Assembly (NCBI GenBank): GCA_002369135.1
Contig: DFEY01000002.1
Span: 168,601 to 232,600, forward strand
Reading direction: 5' to 3'
DNA length: 64,000 nt
Source: Lachnospira sp. UBA3790
Lineage (GTDB): Bacteria > Bacillota > Clostridia > Lachnospirales > Lachnospiraceae
Part shown: positions 58,863 to 64,000 of the stretch, piece by piece
Layout of the letters: every line of letters begins with the position of its first letter
How positions within the stretch are numbered: the stretch's first letter is position 1
Notes under the pieces: model-generated
What the model was told of the DNA's origin: nothing
The model's input: the letters and a program-made list of their open reading frames with translations, nothing else
The model's database searches: none
Translations under genes and position numbers: made by a program

Positions 58863-60302
58863 CTACTTTTGTGACTGCTCGTAAGTGTAAGCAGCCCTAA
58901 TAACATTATCTTCTCTAAAGCAATCGCCAATAATCTGCAAACCAATTGGAAGACCTTCTGAATCCTCACCGCAAGGAACAGAAATTCCTGGCAAACCTGC
59001 TATGTTTACTGAAACTGTATAAATATCACCTAAGTACATCTTAAGTGGGTCACTCAAACTCTCGCCTATCTTTGGCGCAGTAGTTGGACTGACCGGTCCA
59101 ATAATTACATCGTACTTAGCAAACGCATCGTCAAACGCTTTCTTAATCAAAGCCTTTACACGTAGCGCCTTCAAATAGTACGCGTCAAAGTAACCAGAAC
59201 TTAGCACGAATGAGCCAAGCATAATTCTACGCTTAACTTCTTCGCCGAAGCCCTCTGAACGAGTCTTCTTATACATATTGTGAAGATCGCGGTAATCTTC
59301 AGTTCTGTAGCCGTACTTCACGCCGTCAAATCTTGATAGGTTTGAACTAGCTTCGGCATCCGCAATAATATGGTAAGTAGCAACCGCATAGTTTACTAAG
59401 TCAAAATCGAACTCTTCCACTTCTGCGCCCTTTTCCTTTAGCACATCAATCGCCTTAAGAACTGATTCCTTAACCTCAGGACTTATGCCCTCGCCAAAGT
59501 AATCCTTTGGCACACCAATCTTCATACCTTTAACATCGTCCACAAGCGAACTTGTGAAATCATAACTATCTCTCTTTATAGATGTAGAATCTAGTTTGTC
59601 GTAACTTGAAATTACTTCAAGTGAAGTGGCAACATCTGTTACATCTTTTCCAATAGGTCCAATCTGATCAAGTGATGAAGCATACGCAATCAAACCGTAA
59701 CGTGAAACTGTTCCGTACGTAGGCTTCAATCCAACCACGCCACAGAATGACGCTGGCTGTCTGATAGATCCACCTGTATCTGAACCAAGTGAATAGAAAC
59801 ATTCATCTGCAGCCACCGCCGCACAAGAACCACCTGATGAACCACCAGGCACGTGCTCAGTATTCACTGGGTTTTTAGTAATTCCGAAATAAGAAGTCTC
59901 TGTGGTACTTCCCATTGCGAACTGATCCATATTTGCACTACCAACAATCACTGCTCCAGCATCCTTCAAATTTTGAACTGCTGTAGATGTAAATGTTGGA
60001 TAAAAGTTACTCAATATCTTTGTACTACATGCTGTGAGATGTCCCTCATTACACATGTTATCTTTAATAGCTACAGGCACACCAGCCAAAGGTCCAGTCA
60101 ACTCACCGTTGTCAATCTTCTCCTGTACCTCTTTAGCATTGGCTAGTACTTCTTCTTTGTCGTAGACTGTTACGTAACTGTTGATGTCTTCTTCCACTAT
60201 TTCAATTTGGTCAAAAACAGCTTCCACTGCGTCTACCACTTTTACTTCACCTGATTTTATTTTCTTTCCTAATTCAACTGCTGTTAATTCTAATAAACTC
60301 AT
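58863..60302 (-). CDS. gatA: Asp/Glu-tRNA amidotransferase subunit A
   Basis: AIKDN, PGGSSGGS and SDTGGSIRQPA amidase-signature motifs. Confidence 0.95.
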   Translation of the reverse strand: MSLLELTAVELGKKIKSGEVKVVDAVEAVFDQIEIVEEDINSYVTVYDKEEVLANAKEVQEKIDNGELTGPLAGVPVAIKDNMCNEGHLTACSTKILSNFYPTFTSTAVQNLKDAGAVIVGSANMDQFAMGSTTETSYFGITKNPVNTEHVPGGSSGGSCAAVAADECFYSLGSDTGGSIRQPASFCGVVGLKPTYGTVSRYGLIAYASSLDQIGPIGKDVTDVATSLEVISSYDKLDSTSIKRDSYDFTSSLVDDVKGMKIGVPKDYFGEGISPEVKESVLKAIDVLKEKGAEVEEFDFDLVNYAVATYHIIADAEASSNLSRFDGVKYGYRTEDYRDLHNMYKKTRSEGFGEEVKRRIMLGSFVLSSGYFDAYYLKALRVKALIKKAFDDAFAKYDVIIGPVSPTTAPKIGESLSDPLKMYLGDIYTVSVNIAGLPGISVPCGEDSEGLPIGLQIIGDCFREDNVIRAAYTYEQSQK

Positions 60303-60311
60303 TTTATCTTC

Positions 60312-60605
60312 CTATTCAAAAGTCTTTGGCACAATGTATGCTTCTTCATTTCTATCCGGTGCATTTTTAAGCATATTTTCTCTGTCATCTCCGTTAGTAA
60401 CTTCGTCTTCGCGGAAGACGTTATTCACTGGGAAAACATGACTCATAGGCTCCACACCAGAAGTGTCAAGTTCGTTTAATTTATCGATATAATCTAGGAT
60501 TTCTCCCATGTCTTTTTTAGCTTTTTCCTTCTCCTCATCAGAGAGTTCAAGCTTCGCCAAAATGCCGACATAATCGATTGTTTCGTCTGTAATTTTGTTA
60601 GCCAT
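60312..60605 (-). CDS. gatC: Asp/Glu-tRNA amidotransferase subunit C
   Basis: [16 protein letters not shown] and NAP......VPK motifs; adjacent to gatAB. Confidence 0.93.
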   Translation of the reverse strand: MANKITDETIDYVGILAKLELSDEEKEKAKKDMGEILDYIDKLNELDTSGVEPMSHVFPVNNVFREDEVTNGDDRENMLKNAPDRNEEAYIVPKTFE

Positions 60606-60742
60606 AAAGACCTCCTAACCACTTATTTGTGGCATATTTTGTGGCTAAATCCACAACTAATAGTTTAAAGAATCTAGCATAAAAAGTCAAACTATTGTAT
60701 AATCGTTTTATAAAGTAGAACGGATAAAATAAGGAGAAAGAT

Positions 60743-61390
60743 ATGTTAGAAGAGAGAGTTATAAAGTATTACTCAAGAAAGGATCCTAATATTGCTTTGA
60801 AGGTGATTCCTGGTCACTTCTCGACCAAGCACACTCACCTAAATTGTTACTTGGATGTTACCACTATGAAGACTCGTGCCAACGAGGCAGAGCGCATCGC
60901 CATCGCTATGAAAGATTATTATAATGTGATGGGACGTCCTATTGATACTATCGTATGTTTGGACGGATGCGAAGTGATTGGTGCATTCTTAGCTAGCGAG
61001 CTTAGTCGCGCTGGTATCTTATCAATGAATGCCCACAAAACTATTTATGTGGTTACACCAGAACATGATATATATGGCGATATGATCTTTAGAGATAATA
61101 TGAAGCTTACTATAAGAGGTAAGAATGTTCTTCTACTTATGGCTTCTTGTTCTACTGGTAAAACCATTAAAGCCAGTCTTGAATGTATTAAATATTATGG
61201 CGGTACTGTTCAAGGTATCTCAACAATATTTAGCGCATTAGACTCCGTCGAAGGATATCGAATTGATTCCATCTTCAGAGAAGACGACATTCCAGACTAC
61301 GAGCTTTATGATAACCACAGTTGCCCACTATGTGCAGCTGGCGAGCCTATCGAAGCGCTCGTTAATGGTTACGGATATAGCAAACTTTAA
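60743..61390 (+). CDS. Type I PRTase-fold protein with degenerate PRPP loop and C-terminal CPLC
   Basis: PGHFST...H.N.YLD and VLLLMASCSTGKTI in place of the canonical hhhhDDhhTTG; RBS AAGGAG. Confidence 0.7.
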   Translation: MLEERVIKYYSRKDPNIALKVIPGHFSTKHTHLNCYLDVTTMKTRANEAERIAIAMKDYYNVMGRPIDTIVCLDGCEVIGAFLASELSRAGILSMNAHKTIYVVTPEHDIYGDMIFRDNMKLTIRGKNVLLLMASCSTGKTIKASLECIKYYGGTVQGISTIFSALDSVEGYRIDSIFREDDIPDYELYDNHSCPLCAAGEPIEALVNGYGYSKL

Positions 61391-61405
61391 AAAATCTATA
61401 TCTAC

Positions 61406-61464
61406 AAAAAGAAAAACGGTAGGTCCTCACTTAAAATCGTTCGGTACCTACCGTTTTTCTTTTT
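61406..61464. terminator. Bidirectional terminator at a convergent junction
   Basis: Perfect 19-bp inverted repeat AAAAAGAAAAACGGTAGGT / ACCTACCGTTTTTCTTTTT with a 21-nt loop. Confidence 0.8.
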
Positions 61465-61474
61465 TTATTATTTA

Positions 61475-62236
61475 TTACTTTTTTCCTTTTTGCCAAAGCC
61501 CATCCTTTATCGCGCGCTTCCAATTTACAACTAACACTTTAGGATGTTTACCTTTATGGTATTTCGTCTCTTCCGTGATGTACTTATTATTCATAAGATC
61601 ATCTAGCGCCTTTTGGATGCGGTCTCTTGATACTCCGCTATGCTCTGAAACATTCTCAATAGTCTTGTTGTATGTTCCCATCTTACGACGTCTACTTAAC
61701 ATAGATAACGCAGAGAATATCGCGTCATAGTAGAACTGCTGCTCGTCGCCTGAACGTGGCATCTCTACATATGAGTTGGCAGATGATTTGAGTTTATTAC
61801 TTAGTGAATATTTTACTCCGTATACAATAACCTTTTTGTTTAGTTCTCTTAAATATTGTATAGCTAAATTAAAATGAGCATCGCCCGTGAAAATAATAAA
61901 TACTTCTGGTGAACTATCCTTTGCCGCTTCCCTATAAATGGCATCAAGTATAATAAAATCTGTGAAGTCTTTGTCCACGCCTTCTTTTGTGCTGGCTGTG
62001 TGAACTACGTTTTTAGAAATTCGCTCCACTCTTGGAAGTTCATTCTCGATACTTCCATTAAAGTCACCAAAAAACATAATCTTTTTTACATTGTATTCTT
62101 CTTTTAATTCTTCATACCAGGATTCTACATTTGGTCTCATCGAAAATTTATTTTTGTAACCATAATACCAATGCTCAAAATCTACAAATACTACTGCCTC
62201 TGGCTTTCCACTATTCTTTTTTCCTAATCCAAAAAT
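61475..62236 (-). CDS. NYN (LabA/DUF88-like) domain protein with C-terminal winged-helix-like region; probable ATT start (253 aa)
   Basis: The frame extends 32 codons upstream of the track's ATG and includes VVFVDFEHW. AGGAGG sits 8 nt before an in-frame ATT. Internal motifs K..VDK.FTDFIILD and FTGDAHF. Confidence 0.8.
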   Translation of the reverse strand: MFGLGKKNSGKPEAVVFVDFEHWYYGYKNKFSMRPNVESWYEELKEEYNVKKIMFFGDFNGSIENELPRVERISKNVVHTASTKEGVDKDFTDFIILDAIYREAAKDSSPEVFIIFTGDAHFNLAIQYLRELNKKVIVYGVKYSLSNKLKSSANSYVEMPRSGDEQQFYYDAIFSALSMLSRRRKMGTYNKTIENVSEHSGVSRDRIQKALDDLMNNKYITEETKYHKGKHPKVLVVNWKRAIKDGLWQKGKK

Positions 62237-62300
62237 ATGTATCTCCTCCTTTCCTTAAATTTCGTCCTCTGCAAAGGCCTTGTCCCTTACAAAAATATAT

Positions 62301-62328
62301 AAAAGGCCAGCCACCTAAGTAGCTAGCC
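62301..62328 (-). terminator. Intrinsic terminator after dapL
   Basis: Minus strand GGCTAGCTAC-TTAG-GTGGCTGGCC-TTTT; 10-bp stem with two G:U pairs. Confidence 0.8.
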
Positions 62329-62341
62329 ATTTATTCATAAA

Positions 62342-63565
62342 TTATTTTGAAATCTCTTTGATTCTTCTGATAGCCTCGATTGTGTTTTCTCTACTACCAA
62401 ATGCTGTAAGTCGGAAGTATCCTTCTCCACTTGGTCCAAATCCTGAACCAGGAGTTCCAACGATATTTGCCTTCTCTAGTAGGAAGTCAAAGAATTCCCA
62501 AGATGTCATTCCTTCAGGTGTCTCAAGCCAAGCGTATGGAGAGTTTACTCCACCACTTACTTTATATCCGGCTTCTTTCAAGCCCTCTACTATAATCTTT
62601 GCATTTTCCATATAGCGAGCAACCATTTCCTTAGTCTGCTGTTTACCCTCTTCTGAGTAAACTGCCTCGCCGGCTCTCTGGATAATGTATGGTGCACCGT
62701 TAAACTTAGTTCCGTGACGTCTTGCCCATAAAGCATTAAGCGAAGTTCCATCTGAATCTTTAAGTTCCTTAGGAACAACAGTAAATCCAAGACGAGTTCC
62801 TGTAAATCCAGCATTCTTTGAGAAAGATCTAATCTCGATAGCGCAAGTCTTTGCTCCATCACATTCGTAAATACTGTGTGGAACATCATCTTCTGTTATG
62901 TATGCTTCGTAAGCTGCATCATATATAATAACAGCATTCTTCTCGTTAGCGTAATCAACCCACTTCTGCAAATCAACCTTCTTGAAAGCTGCTCCCGTTG
63001 GGTTGTTTGGTGAACATAGATAAATAATATCTGGAGTTTCCTCTGGCAAATCTGGGCAGAAGTTATTTTCCTTTGTACAAGGCATATAAATAACATCGCT
63101 CCACATTTCAGTATCAGCATCGTATGTGCCAGTTCTTCCATCCATTACGTTTGCATCCACATAAACTGGGTAGACTGGATCGCACACTGCTATCTTGTTA
63201 TCAACTGCGAAAATATCTCCAATATTTCCTGAGTCTGACTTTGCTCCGTCTGAGACAAAGACCTCATCAGGCGCAATATCAACACCTCTAGCCTTAAAAT
63301 CATTTTCCACTATTGCTTCGCGAAGGAATGCGTAACCTAAGTCTGGCGCATATCCATGGAATGTAGCAGGATCTGCCATCTCATCAACTGCTTTGTGCAT
63401 AGCATCAATGACTGCTGGAGCTAAGGCTTGAGTAACATCACCTATACCAAGACTTATTACATCTTTGTCTGGGTTGGCTTCCTTAAAAGCTGCTACTTTC
63501 TTAGCAATATTAGAAAATAAATAGCTTCCTGGTAATTTCAAGTAATTATCATTAACTTTAAACAT
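62342..63565 (-). CDS. dapL: LL-diaminopimelate aminotransferase
   Basis: [31 protein letters not shown] and [12 protein letters not shown] motifs. Confidence 0.95.
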   Translation of the reverse strand: MFKVNDNYLKLPGSYLFSNIAKKVAAFKEANPDKDVISLGIGDVTQALAPAVIDAMHKAVDEMADPATFHGYAPDLGYAFLREAIVENDFKARGVDIAPDEVFVSDGAKSDSGNIGDIFAVDNKIAVCDPVYPVYVDANVMDGRTGTYDADTEMWSDVIYMPCTKENNFCPDLPEETPDIIYLCSPNNPTGAAFKKVDLQKWVDYANEKNAVIIYDAAYEAYITEDDVPHSIYECDGAKTCAIEIRSFSKNAGFTGTRLGFTVVPKELKDSDGTSLNALWARRHGTKFNGAPYIIQRAGEAVYSEEGKQQTKEMVARYMENAKIIVEGLKEAGYKVSGGVNSPYAWLETPEGMTSWEFFDFLLEKANIVGTPGSGFGPSGEGYFRLTAFGSRENTIEAIRRIKEISK

Positions 63566-63625
63566 TTTAAATCCTCTTTCTTTTTTATTTACGCGAATTT
63601 GGCGCTCGCTCGAGCGCCAAACATT

Positions 63626-64000
63626 TTATACATTAGCTAAGTATTTATCAATCTCCCAGTCAGTAACCTGTGAAGTATATTCCATCCACTCGTCCATCTT
63701 GGCTGTAGTATATTTCTTGAATGCATCTTTGCCCATTGTTTCTTTCATAAGTTCAGATTTCTTCATATACTTAACAGCGTTGTACAAGTTCTTTGGTAAC
63801 TGGATGATTCCTGCTTCTTCTCTCTCCTCATCTGTCATAGAGTAAATATCTCTCTGAACACTAGGTGGAGGTGTAAGACCCTTCTTAATTCCATCTAGAC
63901 CAGCAGCCAAGCATGCTGCAAATGCTAGATAAGGGTTACATGAGCAATCCGGACAACGAAGTTCCACTCTAGTACCAGCTCCACGTGTTGCTGGAACTCT
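63626..64000 (-). CDS. glnA: Glutamine synthetase type I, 3' fragment (start lies outside the window)
   Basis: RVPATRGAGTRVELRCPD.SCNPYLA and LP.NL..A...V..WE...YL motifs. Confidence 0.92.
   Translation of the reverse strand, partial: RVPATRGAGTRVELRCPDCSCNPYLAFAACLAAGLDGIKKGLTPPPSVQRDIYSMTDEEREEAGIIQLPKNLYNAVKYMKKSELMKETMGKDAFKKYTTAKMDEWMEYTSQVTDWEIDKYLANV

Noticed and set aside
59900-59960. gatA motif GSANMDQFAMG instead of the usual GKTNMDEFAMG as a sign of inactivation
   Set aside because: The Lys-cisSer-Ser catalytic motifs (AIKDN, GGSSGGS, DTGGSIR) are intact and the operon is complete, so this is most likely lineage divergence.
198-63141. The many 60-180-aa ORFs in the track that lie antisense to, or in another frame within, the genes called above
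   Set aside because: They fully overlap well-supported genes, and I saw no RBS or family motifs. The recurring ones in 7.6-15 kb simply mirror the repeat array.
1-64000. Completed UGA-to-Trp or selenocysteine recoding
   Set aside because: All recognisable genes are intact under code 11, and no gene needs an in-frame TGA. Only avoidance of TGA as a stop is supported.

Overview
AT-rich chromosomal window from a Clostridia-class bacterium, probably Lachnospiraceae/Eubacterium-like (inferred from dapL, single-chain clostridial purL and Lys-rich FN3-tailed secreted proteins). Nearly all genes are on the minus strand. 1-21.9 kb is an accessory cell-surface block. It holds two tandem paralogous giant secreted proteins (4377 aa, and >1276 aa running off the window start) built from a ~165-aa Trp-rich repeat (18 vs 3 copies). 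It also holds an unlisted 48-aa acidic peptide gene coupled to the larger one, plus a transglutaminase-like protein, a TPR membrane protein and a GH16 glucanase. The rest is housekeeping: thrH, a P-type ATPase, tRNA-Trp, radA, a ~22-kb tightly packed purine+pyrimidine gene run interleaved with envelope glycosylation genes, GH25, a pan/coa operon with a tandem-hairpin leader, a trigger-factor-like lipoprotein, purB, gatCAB, a degenerate PRTase, a NYN-domain gene with an apparent ATT start, dapL and the 3' end of glnA. No CRISPR array or transposase was seen. Main leads: (1) giant protein + unrecognised C-terminal domain + YxxP peptide as a possible surface-display system; (2) none of 41 complete genes ends in TGA, and the tRNA-Trp has a 4-bp anticodon stem. 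All domain calls come from reading motifs by eye, not from database searches.
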